64,000 nucleotides of DNA from Euglena gracilis (GCA_039621445.1 CP154954.1:47347847-47411846), one strand, 5' to 3'; positions 49,885 through 62,006 are shown, numbered from the stretch's first letter. Translations and numbers: made by a program. Notes: generated by a model from the sequence alone, not told the origin.

Positions 49885-51109
49885 CCAAATCTACCCCCCG
49901 GGCAAGGGGCTGCCAGTGACGGCATTCACCTCATAGAATACGCAAAAAAATTATGCAGAATAATGAGGAAAATGTACGTTTCAAAAAAAGTCAAAAATTG
50001 CAAAAAATTGCAAAAATGGTCAAAAAAATGCGAAAATTGGAAAATCACGAAAGAATGTGCCAAAAAGCAAAAAAATGTGCTGAAAAAAAGAAAAAATGCA
50101 CAAAAAATACGAAAAAATGCGCAAAAATGCACATTTTTGGAAAATTTGAAAAAATGCGCAAAAAATGTGCAAAAATGCGAAACGCATTCCCCCTCCCTGC
50201 TTGGTTGTGAAAGATGGGTTCATCAAGAAAAAGAATTTTTGGAATTCATGTGACTGATGCTCTCGGAACCTTTCAACAGCTCTCTTCCGTGTTTTGAAAC
50301 AATTGTCAACAAAAGCGGCCTTGGATGCTGAACCCTTGGATGATGGCAATAGCATTGAATTTCCAAAGGGTGCTCTCGTTACCCCACATTATCGTGTGCG
50401 TATATTTTTGGAATGCACATTTTCTGGGTTTTCCGTTGTTTTTTCCTTTTTTGGTGTGAAAAAATGGTATGGGTCAGAGGACCCCTCAAGACCACCTTGT
50501 GAACCATCCCCCACCTTGACCCGCCCACCCACCACAAGAGGATGAAATTCAATGTTAATTGTGGGAAGTGGCACCTTCAAACGGACAGCTTCCTCACAGG
50601 TAGTACGGGAAACACAATCCTTCCCAGAGTCATATCGTACCCAAGAAAATTCATCCTTCCAAACAGGAAGGAACTTCCGACCACTTGCGACTTTGCCTTC
50701 CTCTTTCGAGTCAGCTTCACCATGAAGTTCTTCACCATCCATGACATGAGGGACGGCATTCTTGGGAGCAAGAAATTTCTTGATGTAAAAAACTGCATGA
50801 GAGAAAGGCAAAAAAAAATTGGGGGGGGGCGAGCCTCGGGGGGGGGGGGCTAAATCCTCGGGGGGGGGGGCAAGAAAAGGGGGGGGGGGGGCGATCGGGG
50901 AGGGTGTACCATGGTCGCCAACAAAATTTTCCTTCAAAAAATCGCGAAAATCGCTGGTGGCGTGGCGAGGGGGTCCGGCTAGGGGGGGGTAAACGGCATG
51001 GCGAGGCCCTCGGAGAGGGGGGGGGGTGTACCAACCCCCCGGGGGTGCATGGTATTTGGGTGGCAAATTCCTAATTTGGTGTCTACAGCATTTTTCATTG
51101 CAATTCCCC

Positions 51110-51665
51110 CGCAGGGCCTTACATTGGAGGACATAAAATACGCCTTGCGACAACACTTTGGGGACTCAAAGCCAGAAGTTTCGATTTCCACAATTGCAAA
51201 AAGACTTGACAAATCAACGATACCCCCCCCCTTTATTTGAGCACACGGGCCAAAGGACCCCCCCCAAATGCTCAAATAAGGGGGGCCGTCAAATAAGGGG
51301 GGGGTCAAAAATTCCTTTAGAAATAGGGCAAAAAATTTTCGACCCAAATGCTCAATCAAGGGGGGGTCAAATAAAGGGGGGGTAACCTGGAAGGTGTGAA
51401 AGCCCATTTACCCCAACTGATGCCTCCCCCCCTCCAAAAGGTCGCAAGCTACGATCCCCACGCAAGGAACTCGACTTACACAAAAATAAAGAGGATGATT
51501 TACGCAATGAACCTCACGACGGAAATCTCTTTGGGGTACGAGCCCCTTTTCATGGACGAGACAGGGCACACTCTTTGGACAAGTCCACACTACGCCCGGG
51601 CACCTCGAGGGCAATGGGCACACGCCCCTGTCTATTCATCGCCCGGAAAAGGATCAATTGTCAAA
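51110..51665 (+). pseudogene. IS630/Tc1-like transposase fragment interrupted by a TA-flanked MITE (51223-51382)
   Basis: HTH 'LTLEDIKYAL...VSISTIAKRL'. Removing the MITE restores 'KSTITWK'. First catalytic Asp region 'PLFMDETG...HYARAPRG'. Confidence 0.75.
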
Positions 51666-52834
51666 TAATCAGGGTTCACTTTTCAGAAAATATTTGGCTT
51701 TTGAAAAATAGAACCCTGATGCAGACGGTCTCCCCAAACCTAGGCCTGGTTCATTTCTCAATCCTGGAGGCAGCGATGTCAGGCAGGATGAATATGTCCC
51801 TTCTACAGGGGGGGGGGGTTGAATGGTTCGACACGGGGGGGGGGGGGGGAAAAAAATGGTTGACGGGAGGGGGGGGGCAAGCAAAAACGGTTGACGGGAG
51901 GGGGGGGGGAAGCAAAAATGGTTGACAAGAAACTTCTCGGGGTGCTGGCTGGGGGGGGGGTGTTGTTTCGAGAGTTTTGAAAAAAGTTTCAGTGGAAATT
52001 GTTTGAAAAAAAATACAGTATTTTTTCAGCCTTCAAAGGATTTTTAATACTTTTATCATTTTCAAAAGTTAGAAAACGCATATTTTCCTGAGTTCGGGAA
52101 ACCTCTTAGTGGGGTACATTTCTGAACTGATGACCTTGCTGGACCACAAGTACCCTTTCAAAAGGTCTTGGCTGGTGATGGACAACTTGCGAGCACATCA
52201 ACGAGACACGTTGGACTTGTTTCTGGCACACCGTGGCCCAGCACACCGTAGGGCGGGGATGGCAGGGTAACGGACCTGAATATTCATGAAATTTCAAGCT
52301 TTTTGCGGAAGATTTCAGACCCTATTTTTCAGCATTTTTCAGTAAGGATTCAGAAACGGAGATTCCAACAGGATAAAACTGTTTGAATCTCCGTAGACGG
52401 AGACATCCGCCGGTGTGATGGCAAAGACCACATGACCTTCGCACCTTGGATAGCAGGCACTCCCCTCCAGAAGCCACTCCGGGAGCCGCGTTTTTTCGAG
52501 TGTGCAATGCGAAACTGGCCCGACACGCGAAAGTGGAAAAACATACTTTTTGGGGGGTGGACCGCACGCAATCTGAACAGTGGGGGTGCCCCAGTCCAAA
52601 GACTATTTTTTTTAGAAAAAAAAGGACCTCCCAACCTAACCCACCAACCCTCAATTCAACGATAGTCATTCGAGCTGGGGGGGGGTTGCAATCAGCGTGG
52701 GCCTCGCCTTTTATAGCATTTAAAAACACCCAAAACATTTTCGCAGACCTAGTTGTGCGATGTGTGCATGCGGATCTTGATCTATATTTTGATTTTTGCG
52801 AATGCGCGTTTTGTGAAAAACGAGAAATGCGTGA

Positions 52835-53070
52835 TGGTGTGGCACAAATCTGGCCACCAGCTGTGGCACAAAACTGGCCACCAGGTGTGGCCCAAAGCTG
52901 GCCACCAGCTGTGGCACAAAACTGGCTACCACGTGTGGCCCAAAACCAGTCACCGCCTGTGGCCCAAAACTGGCCAGCATCTGTGGCCAAAACTGGCCAC
53001 CACAAATGAACATATTTGGCCTGAAACCGGCCCAAATCTGACCACCGGCTGTGGCCCAAAATTGGCCACT
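52835..53070. repeat. tandem repeat of about 24 bp (GTGGCCCAAAACTGGCCACCAGCT-like)
   Basis: Direct observation. Confidence 0.85.
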
Positions 53071-53410
53071 GCCTGTAACACAAAAGTGTTCAGGACTGTT
53101 TTTTGGATTTTTTTTGGACAAGGACATTTGTTGAACATCAGAAAAAGAAGGCAACAAACAAACAAAAACAAGACTCACGCCAATTGAAGCGTGCTGACTG
53201 AATAAACATTCTCCAGGTAACATGACTTCAGGCGATAAATATACTGGTCGTAGAAGTCCTTCAGCAGCACACCACAGCAAACACCAACCTTGACTTCAAC
53301 TCAAAATTGTCCACTTAAAACCAGAAATCCAAACTTGTCCTTTCATGTGGGTTCTCGTCGTCCAGTCGGTGGCCGCCTGTCATTCCTGTCATATGGAGAG
53401 GGTGAAATTA

Positions 53411-55065
53411 CAGGGGGTAGCTTTAAATTGTTGGAAACTTAATTCGTTTGACATTTTACTCGGTCCGGATTAAATCGGATTTAATCCAGCGAGGTTCGGG
53501 TGTCAGACCGGATTTAATACAGCGAGTTAAACCGCTATGGAGGATATTCCTAATTGATAGGATGCACATATACACAAAAGGACAGTTTGGAGTTAGGTAC
53601 CATATTCCTCCGTTTATCACTGACATTCATTCTTTCTCCAGAGAGGACTCCAGAGAGGAGAAAGATTTCAAAGATTTCAAAGATTTCAAATATGCTAGAA
53701 AACAGGTTGACTTCCTCCCAAATTTCTCCCTGGTTGCCTTCTCACTCAGGAATTTCAAGAAACAGAAGGTGAAGAAGCAGTGGGCCTCCTGGCAGTTCTG
53801 CTGATCGCCTTGCAGTTGGAGGTATGATCCCTGTGTTGTTCCCCTGTGTTGTTCTGCAGTGTTTCCAAACATTCTAAAAGATTTTTATGTTGTCAAGATG
53901 TCTGAATGCATCTGCAACATCATTTAGCAACATTTGTCTCCAGATGTCATCACACTCGTTTTTTTCAAGAACAAACTTCCAGCAAATTCCATAAATATTT
54001 TCTTCTGCATTTTTTTATGTGACATCATTCAGTCAACATCTTGCACATTTCATGCATTACAATTCAACTCAGCAGCATTCAACTCAGCATTCCTTCCACC
54101 TTCCCCTTCTTCAGGAGAGTTGAGAAAGAAGGGGAAGAAGCTGAAGACAGCAACGAACAAAGATGAAGTCGTTTTTAACTGTTGCAGTTTTTGTAATAGA
54201 GCGCTGTTTGTTTCAGTTTCAGTGGGTTGTGTTTTTGCTCAAATTTGTGTTTTATTTTCCTGTGAACCTTCTTTTCATGGTGTTTGGCAAAATGTTGCTT
54301 CAGGCGGGCTTTGTTCAGGCTGGCCCGTTTTTTTTGTATAGGCCTTGGGCGCACCGTGGGTAAATCGTCAAATTCCGCAGAAAAATGACACACCCCGCCC
54401 TGCAAATTAATTTCTGCAGCTTTTTTGCACTTTTTTCATTTTTTTCTGGGGATTCCATTTTTTTTGACAAAACTGTTTTCCCCTTCCAGTCTGGACCAAA
54501 TACTGCCCGTTCGTTCGACTTTAAAGAGTTACAAAAAATGTCGGCTCCAGGACATTTATGAGCCTTCCTTGGCCCGGACCGAAATTAATCCGCCGAGGTT
54601 TGGTTCCAAAACCGAATTTAATCCGAGCGCCTTTAAGGTACTTGTCTGTTATCGTATGACGGACCCCCCCCCCTTTTGGTTATGGTACGACACCCTATTT
54701 TTGGGTTGTATAGGGTTATTTGAAGGAGTAGGGTCAGGTGCGCACATGCTACGTTGCGCTCCATGGCCATGTTGCGCTACATGGCCATGGAGCGCAACGT
54801 GGCCATGTAGCGCAACAGGGACATGCGCACCTAACCCTACTCCTTCAAATAACCCCATCATGCGCTACATGGTCATGTTGCGCTCCATGGCCATGTAGCG
54901 CAACATGCATGTGCACCTAACCCTATTCCTTTAAATAACCCTAAAGCAACCCAAAAAATGGGTGTCGTACCATAACCAAAAGGGGGGGTCCGTCGTACGA
55001 TAACAGACAAGTACCGCCTTTAATCTCTACGTATTAATTACCCGGCGCCTTTAAACTACCCCCTG
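53411..55065. mobile_element. Tc1/mariner-like TIR element, degenerate
   Basis: TA|CAGGGGGTAG(C)TTTAAA ... TTTAAACTACCCCCTG|TA. Confidence 0.75.
54637..55015. mobile_element. long-TIR MITE with 8-bp TSD, nested in the previous element
   Basis: GGTACTTGTCTGTTATCGTA... inverted arms over 100 bp and TSD GCCTTTAA. Confidence 0.88.
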
Positions 55066-56534
55066 TAGGATTAGCGTCGGTTAAGGACATGGGGCGAGTA
55101 CTACCATCACTTTTAGGTTTTGCGTACTAAGGGTGTATGGAAAATGAAAGGAAAGGTTTCAGATTTTATCTTTCTTTCAGAGCGTTTTCCACGAACTGCC
55201 CCACCCTAAAAGTGGGAAACCACTACATCTTTTTGCCCCCCTACTCGCCCATGCTGTACCCACTACTGCTTTTTTTTTCATTTGCCATTGCAGGAGAAGG
55301 AAGCGGTGGTGGGGCGAACCGAGTCCACCGACCAATGGCACTGCCTACTGGATTTTTCAGTCTGAGGATTTGTAGAGATGGGCTGGGCCCATGGTCCATG
55401 GTGGAGTAATAAAGGTAAGGTAGGCGGGAAGCCCGAGGTATTCTTTTCCTAACGAGATTTTTTAAGCCCCCCCCCCTTGTCTGTTTGGGGTGTTTGGCAG
55501 AGGGAAAAGGAGCAGTGAGAATTCAGAATTGTCTGTGTGATTTGCGTGTTATTTGGAGTTATTTGAATGCAATTTGAAGGTAATTTGAACGTAATCTGAC
55601 CAGGAGACGTCGGATGGTACAATTCCAAAACAGGTAAAATGTAATATGTATCGGTTCGGAATTGTGAGCTGATTACGGATCTGATACTGCGAAATGTTGA
55701 TACTACAGTTTCCGTGGGTGCGCATCATCGGAAAGGTCATTAGGAATCAGCAAAACAGCCCAGCGCGACGTACCAGCCACGTGGCAATCAATAATGTTTT
55801 TCTTTCAGACATATATACAATAATGCTGGGTATCAAACAGGAGGTGGAGGAATACCAATGGGATGGTGAGAGCATGGTGTGTGTGTTTTTTGTTCATCTG
55901 TTTCTGATTATCATTTTTGCCTGTAGGTGCAAGTTGCCCATCAAACAGCAGATTTGCCTGGTTTAGAGGTAGAGCCCCTTTACCAACCAAAGTCAGAGCC
56001 CCACAGAACAGAGTCTCGCAGCACGCCGAAGGGACCCGCGGCGGTGCGGTGGACGCCACCGACCCCTCCCCTCCAGCCCAAGAAACCCCGGCAGCCTCTG
56101 CCCCTGTTGCAGCCCAAGCCCCAGGCCCAGCCCCTGCTGCAGCCCAAGCCCCAGGCCCAGCCCCTGCTGCAGCCCAAGCCCCAGGCCCAGCCACTGCCAC
56201 AGCCCAAGCCCAAGCCCCAGCCACAGCCCAAGCCCCAGGACCAGCCCCTGTCACAGCCCAAGCCTCAGGCCCAGCCACAGCCCCAGGCCCAGCCACAACC
56301 ACAACCTCAGCCACAGCCACAACCTCAGCCACAGCCACAACCTCAGCCACAAGTACATCCTCAGCCACAACCTCAGCCACAGCCACAACCTCAGCCACAA
56401 GTACATCCTCAGCCACAACCTCAGCCATATCCTCAGCCACAACCTCAGCCACAACCTCCTCCTGTCCCACTTATCTCAGTTTTTAAACTTCGTGAGTAAT
56501 GCTTGTAAACTTGCAAAGTAAACTTTGTTTGAAT

Positions 56535-56828
56535 GTAATGCTCAGCATTACGGGGTGTAATGCTCAGCATTACGGGGTGTAATGCTCAGCATTACGGGGT
56601 GTAATGCTCAGCATTACGGGGTGTAATGCTCAGCATTACGGGGTGTAATGCTCAGCATTACGGGGTGTAATGCTCAGCATTACGGGGTGTAATGCTCAGC
56701 ATTACGGGGTGTAATGCTCAGCATTACGGGGTGTAATGCTCAGCATTACGGGGTGTAATGCTCAGAATTACGGGGTGTAATGCTCAGCATTACGGGGTGT
56801 AATGCTCAGCATTACGGGGTGTAATGCT
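56535..56828. repeat. 22-bp tandem array of a palindromic unit, 13 copies plus a partial copy
   Basis: Unit GTAATGCT-C-AGCATTAC-GGGGT, with one substitution in copy 11. Confidence 0.97.
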
Positions 56829-57279
56829 GATATCTGATTTCAAACCATAAACACTGAGATACCAGAGACCGCGAGCCAGGTGGGTGAGTGGGTGGCGGTT
56901 ACAATGTGGATGCTGTGGGAAGGTGTGTGTATTTTTTGATTAATTTTACTCTGTATTTTTTGTTACAGTTACCACACCCGCTGCTGTTGTCCCACCTCGT
57001 GTTCCTCCGCCTGTCCCAGCTGCCGCTGTCCCTTCTGGTGTGCATTTTTTTTTTGCAAAAATAAAAAAAATTTTTTCTGCAGGAAGTTCTGATGATGGCA
57101 CACGGGTATGCCCACGCCAACCCCGTCGTAGCCCCAGACTATTGGCCAAGAGACAACGACAATTGACAATTGACAATTGATCATCCAGATGACATTATCT
57201 ATCCCAGATGACATTATCTATCTTTTTCAATCATCCTTTTTTTGGTTTGTTTGCAAGATCAAGACAAAAAAAAATAAGT

Positions 57280-57602
57280 TGAAATTTTTTTTGACCAAAA
57301 GTGTTTTTTATGGCAAAACGGGACATTTTCTCGAAAAGAAATTTTTTTTGCCCCCCCCCCGAAAAAAAAATACAAGTCGAAAAAAATTTTTTGAAAAATT
57401 TTTTTGACCAAAAGTGTTTTTTATGGCAAAGCGGGACATTTTCTCGAAAAAAATTTTTTGCCCCCCCCCCCCGAAAAAAAATACAAGTCGAAAAAAAATT
57501 TTTTGAAAATTTTTTTTGACCAAAAGTGTTTTTTATGGCAAAGCGGGACATTTTCTCGAAAAAAAAATTTTTTGCCCCCCCCCCGAAAATTTTTTTTGAC
57601 AA
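57280..57602. repeat. tandem repeat of about 113 bp, about 3 copies, at the edge of the virus-like segment
   Basis: TTTTGACCAAAAGTGTTTTTTATGGCAAA recurs at about 57290, 57403 and 57515. Confidence 0.85.
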
Positions 57603-57964
57603 AGCACCTGGGTGCCAGGAGCCAAATAATTTTTTTTTTCAAAAAAAAAGTCGTTACTACCGAGGACGGGAGGGAATTTTTTTTTGAAAAACCCTCACTC
57701 GTGGGGAGCAGCCAAAGCGTGCTCCCCCCTCACCTCGCTCACTGCCACCACGGCACGCTCTCTCTGACCCTCGGTGCTCCCTCGTTCGCTGCCTTCCTTC
57801 TTTTTTTGGCGCCCTGACCCCTTTGCCCTTTACGGCTCGCTCAGGCCACGGAGACGTCGGCCCCCTTCCTCCTCCTCGGGAGGGAGGAGGTCTACGCCGA
57901 CCTGTGGGAGCGCCACCGCCCCCACAAAAACTCCTACGCCCGGAACGAGGCCGGGGAGCGGGTG

Positions 57965-58144
57965 ATGGCCTCCCGCACGTTCGTGCGCCGGGGCATGGCC
58001 GACGCCGAGGAGTGGTGTTTCTTCTGCCTCTCCCAGCACCTGACCTGCCGGGACCACGAGGTGGTCGTCCGGGGCGGCCGGACGGGCCTCCGGGCCTACG
58101 TCGCCCGGGCCTGCCGCAACGGCTGGGACCCGGATTACGATTGA
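57965..58144 (+). CDS. small hypothetical protein (59 aa)
   Basis: ATG start and GC3-rich codon usage like the neighbouring viral ORFs. Confidence 0.45.
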   Translation: MASRTFVRRGMADAEEWCFFCLSQHLTCRDHEVVVRGGRTGLRAYVARACRNGWDPDYD

Positions 58145-58703
58145 CCTTTGTTTCCTGACCCGCCTTCATTCCGACGCACCGCCGCCGCCCGGGGCGGAAC
58201 GGGGCGCCCACGGCACGCACTACCATTGCCCCCGCCCCCCGGCCGAGTGGTCCCCTGTGGCGCCGTCTACGCGAGCGACCCGGGTTCGAACCCCGGTCGG
58301 GGACGGGGGTACTCCCAGACCGTCCCATTCCGGGTCGAAAAAAATAAACATAGGCTGTGCTCTGGATCCACCGTGAGGGGTCGTGACAGCCCCGTCTCTT
58401 GGACGGATGGTCCACGAATAATAACACCACCGCTCCCCCACACACGGTGTGTAACGTGCGCCGCGCGCCCCCTGCAGTTGGACGCCGAGTTCGACGACGA
58501 CGAGGACTACGACGCCGCCGTACGCGCCCCACCCCGCGCGCCGCGCGCACACCGCAACACGAACGGAGAATGGGTGTGTGTTCCCAAACGGATCATCAGC
58601 CGTCCACCCCGCACAGGGGGCAGCCTATCGTGGAACGGTCTGGGGGTTTTTTGTTTTTAATTTTTTTTGCCCGCAGGCTTTTCGTTCCCGTTTTCCTCCC
58701 GCG

Positions 58704-60680
58704 ATGCTCAATTTCCACGGCCTTGAGATACCCGCGGCGCAGCCGGCGGGGGACGACTGGTTCTGGACCGCCGACGACACCCAGCCGGCGACCCTGCCAC
58801 CGCCGCGACCGGCACCGGGGGCCCCGGCGCCGCGGAGCCCCGCGACCTGCCGGGTGGTGCTGCGCGGGGTGAAGCGGCAGCGCTGCGGGCCGCCGGCGCG
58901 CATCCCCACGGAGGTGTGGGTACACCGGGTGCTGGCGTTCTGCGACCTGACCACCCTCCTCGTCCTGAACCGGACGTCCGGACCGCTCCGGCGGGCGCTG
59001 AACGACCCGCGGACGGTGGTGCAGTGGCAGTCCACCGCCTGGTTCCTCAAGCCCCGCGCCTGCGGTTGTGAGCGCCACCTGTTCTACGTGGACGCGTGCG
59101 TCTACTTGGAGTTCACGAACGACTGCGTGGGGCTGACGGGCCATCGACAGGCGGAGGACGCCCTGCGGTGCGTGCGCCGCGCCCGGCGGGACGCGGCGGG
59201 GATGGGCTTCCACACGCTTGTGCACAACCGCCCCGGATGCTTCGCGCCCGGTGTGCTGGACGCCTACGCGGAGAACTGGGTGGTCCCCGCGCCGCGCATG
59301 CTGGGCCTGCCCGTGGAGGACGCGGTGGTGGACCGCCTGCGGGCCGATCCGGCCCCGTTCTGGGGTTACTACCACGCGGTCCCGGAGGACGACGACGGGG
59401 ACGATGACATCTGGGTGGAGGACCCCGCCGACGAGTCGGAGGCGGCCCGGCGGGAGCGCTGGAACGCGGCGCAGGAGCGGCGCTGGCGCCGCCAACCCCC
59501 GCCGTCGGCGCTGTTCGTCGGCCCCACCACCGACCTGCACGCCGCCTACCTGCTGGACTGCGCCCGGCACGACCGCGACCCGCACAACCCCGGCGAGGAC
59601 GCCGACGACCTGCGGGGCTTCCACGCGGCGCGCTGGGCGCGGCGGCGCCTGCTGGAGACGGCGGTGGGGGTGCAGACCTACCCGCACTACGGCTGCCTCC
59701 GACAGAGCGAGCTGCCGGGCGACGTGCCGCACCGCCGGGGCACCGACTACATCGAGCGGCAGTACCTGCCGGTGCCGCGCCTCGCCACGCTGCCCGGTCT
59801 GTCGGAGTACGCCCTGATGGATTTCACCGGCGAGGTGTACTTCCACCCCGCGCGGTACGACAACGAGGCCGGGGACTTTGTCCCCTGGGCGCTGTCGACG
59901 CTGGCGGTGCTGCACGGCCTCTACGTGCACGCGTGGTTCGACGGGGTGCACTACCTGATGGAGGCGGTGATCGCCTTCGGTCAACACGTGGCCCGGGAGA
60001 CCGAGACGGCACTGCCCGGGCCGCGGATGGCCCAGCGGTGGGCGTACCTCCAGCGGGTGCTGTTCCTCGGGGAGGCGGTGCACCCGTACAGCGGCCTGGG
60101 ACCCGACGGGCAGATGTCCGCGGCAACGGGCGGCGACGCCGCCACCGGTGGACCGGGACAGCGCGACCGCGCCGCGCAGCAGGTGCGCCTGGCGATGCGG
60201 CTGCTGGCCGACCCGGACTTCGTCGCCGAGAACCGCTGGATGGCCACGCGGTCGGTGGCCACGGTGCCCACCGAGCAGTACCTGACGCCGCTGCTGCCGG
60301 ACACGGCGGGGCTGCTGCACCGCCCGTTCGCGCCCCGCCGCGACGAGACGGCGCTGCTGGAGGAGGTGGCCCACGCGCTGCGCGCGGTGGAGTACGTGGT
60401 GCGCTTCGCGGAGGCCTTCGGCCCCCTGGCGGACGCGGAGACGTCCGCGCGGTGGCACCGCAGTCTGTCGCTCTTCCTCGGCTGGGGCACCTCCCTGCGG
60501 ATCGCCGCGCCCAGCCTGCGGCGGACGGCGACCTGGCGCCCCTCTGCGGTGGGACACTTGGACGAGAATCTGGCGACCGTACCCGCGACCCAGCCCCCCC
60601 GGGTGTGCATCGCGAACAACCACCGCTACCGCCGCTACCTGAACTTCCTGACCCGGCGGTCGGCCTACGGGCGCCGGTGA
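58704..60680 (+). CDS. F-box-like protein (658 aa)
   Basis: 'RIPTEVWVHRVLAFCDLTTLLVLNRTSGPLRRALND' fits the F-box consensus. Strong GC3 bias in this frame; ATG at 58704. Confidence 0.7.
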   Translation: MLNFHGLEIPAAQPAGDDWFWTADDTQPATLPPPRPAPGAPAPRSPATCRVVLRGVKRQRCGPPARIPTEVWVHRVLAFCDLTTLLVLNRTSGPLRRALNDPRTVVQWQSTAWFLKPRACGCERHLFYVDACVYLEFTNDCVGLTGHRQAEDALRCVRRARRDAAGMGFHTLVHNRPGCFAPGVLDAYAENWVVPAPRMLGLPVEDAVVDRLRADPAPFWGYYHAVPEDDDGDDDIWVEDPADESEAARRERWNAAQERRWRRQPPPSALFVGPTTDLHAAYLLDCARHDRDPHNPGEDADDLRGFHAARWARRRLLETAVGVQTYPHYGCLRQSELPGDVPHRRGTDYIERQYLPVPRLATLPGLSEYALMDFTGEVYFHPARYDNEAGDFVPWALSTLAVLHGLYVHAWFDGVHYLMEAVIAFGQHVARETETALPGPRMAQRWAYLQRVLFLGEAVHPYSGLGPDGQMSAATGGDAATGGPGQRDRAAQQVRLAMRLLADPDFVAENRWMATRSVATVPTEQYLTPLLPDTAGLLHRPFAPRRDETALLEEVAHALRAVEYVVRFAEAFGPLADAETSARWHRSLSLFLGWGTSLRIAAPSLRRTATWRPSAVGHLDENLATVPATQPPRVCIANNHRYRRYLNFLTRRSAYGRR

Positions 60681-60815
60681 GGCGCACAGCGGGGCACGCA
60701 ACACAAAGCGAAGTCATTCATTGGAACGGGTTCGGTGACGGGCCGGGGCGGCCGACGGCTCTTCCCCGGCGAGGGTGCGGCAGTCAGTTCGTATGCACAG
60801 AGTCAGTCGGTTGGG

Positions 60816-62006
60816 TCAGTCCTCCGCGGGGGATGCGGGGGCGGCGGGCGGGGACGGCGGGGCGGCAGAGTCGGCGGAGGGTGGGGGGGCGGACGGCGCG
60901 GCGGGGGGGGACTGGTTAGGATCAGAAGCAGCGCTGCGTCGGGGACGTCCGGTGCTCCGTCGGGCCTTCTTCGGTGGGGGTGCGGCCGTGTCGGCTGGGT
61001 CCTCCGCTGCGGGCGGCGGCGCGTTGTCCTCCTCGGAGGAGGACACCACCACCACCGGGGCGGTGTGGGGCGCCACCGTCCCGTCCGTCTCCTCCGTCTT
61101 GATCGCCGCTGCATCGTCGTCATCCGCATTGTGGGTGAACACCCGCCGCCGGCGGCGCTGGCGCTGCGGGCGGGCCGACTCCGCCGGTTCTTCCGCCGGG
61201 ACGGCAACGCCTGACGCCGTGACTCCCCCGACGTCCGCGTCTCCGTCCGCCGGGCTCGCCTCCTCCACCGTTGTCCAATCGTGGTCCACCCCCTCCGGTG
61301 GTGTGGGTGTCGCGTTGCAGGGAATTTCTTCCGCGGGGATGCGGGCGGGGGAATTCATGAACGGGTTGGGAATCGGCTGCGGAGAGGGATCGGAGAAGGC
61401 GAAGAGGTTCGGGACGGTGTTGGAGGGGGGTCGCTCCCCCACCACGGCGCGGTGCAGTCGCTTGGCGGCCAGCACGCCCACCAGCTGCATCCAGGGAGGG
61501 GTGGTCCCGATCCACCGGGTGGACTGCGCCACCAGATGCTGCAGCGCGGGGCTGCGGACGACGTCCTCGGATGCCAGGCCGGCCAGCCGGCCGGCCAGGT
61601 GCAGCACCACCGCGGACACGTCCTCCCCGAACTCCCGCACGCACAGACCACCCCCGCCACTGACCCACGGTCCGCCACTGCCACCGTCACCGCCCGCCGC
61701 TGTGGTTGTGATCTGCTGCAACTTGCGCTTCAACAGGCCGGGGAGGACCCGCCAGGCGGAGTTGCCGGTGGGGGGGGGGGGTGGGGTGCCGGCGTTGGCC
61801 CGGCGGCGGTGGAGCCGCCAGGCGGTGACCCCCGCGGGGCTCAGACGGGGGGCGGGCGGGCCGGGCGGGGGAAGCAGAGGTGGTCCTGCTGGGGCAGCCG
61901 GAGGGTGGTTTGGTTGGGGGGTCGGCGGAACATCAGGGACGGGTGGCGGGAATGAATGCGCCGCGCGTCCCAGCGGACGCCGCGACTGGGATTTGAAAAG
62001 CTCCAT
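60816..62006 (-). CDS. hypothetical Pro-rich/acidic protein (396 aa) with a central helical domain and NLS-like PPKKARR
   Basis: ATG at 62006 (MELFKSQ...). The frame has coding-like composition and is convergent with the F-box gene. Confidence 0.55.
   Translation of the reverse strand: MELFKSQSRRPLGRAAHSFPPPVPDVPPTPQPNHPPAAPAGPPLLPPPGPPAPRLSPAGVTAWRLHRRRANAGTPPPPPTGNSAWRVLPGLLKRKLQQITTTAAGGDGGSGGPWVSGGGGLCVREFGEDVSAVVLHLAGRLAGLASEDVVRSPALQHLVAQSTRWIGTTPPWMQLVGVLAAKRLHRAVVGERPPSNTVPNLFAFSDPSPQPIPNPFMNSPARIPAEEIPCNATPTPPEGVDHDWTTVEEASPADGDADVGGVTASGVAVPAEEPAESARPQRQRRRRRVFTHNADDDDAAAIKTEETDGTVAPHTAPVVVVSSSEEDNAPPPAAEDPADTAAPPPKKARRSTGRPRRSAASDPNQSPPAAPSAPPPSADSAAPPSPPAAPASPAED

Larger units (their letters stand above)
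44520..50745 (-). pseudogene. hAT-family transposase, fragmented by nested insertions
   Basis: Colinear fragments on the minus strand: TTF-Zn-finger-like 'RKFLPVWKDEFSWVRYD' (about 50690), 'AFVDNCFK...FREH' (about 50300), 'DSPKR' and 'SLCATRWSMRA' (about 49450), 'ARGFVTRLLQFDTFF' (about 46390), 'IPRTRK' (about 45660), and the dimerisation domain 'TIPVSSATAERSFSTLRRLKTYLRSQIGQARL' (44530-44630). Confidence 0.85.

Noticed and set aside
56535-56828. palindromic repeat array as CRISPR
   Set aside because: There are no unique spacers; it is a pure tandem repeat.
58596-60704. 702-aa minus-strand ORF
   Set aside because: It is the antisense shadow of the GC3-biased F-box gene and has no recognisable motifs.
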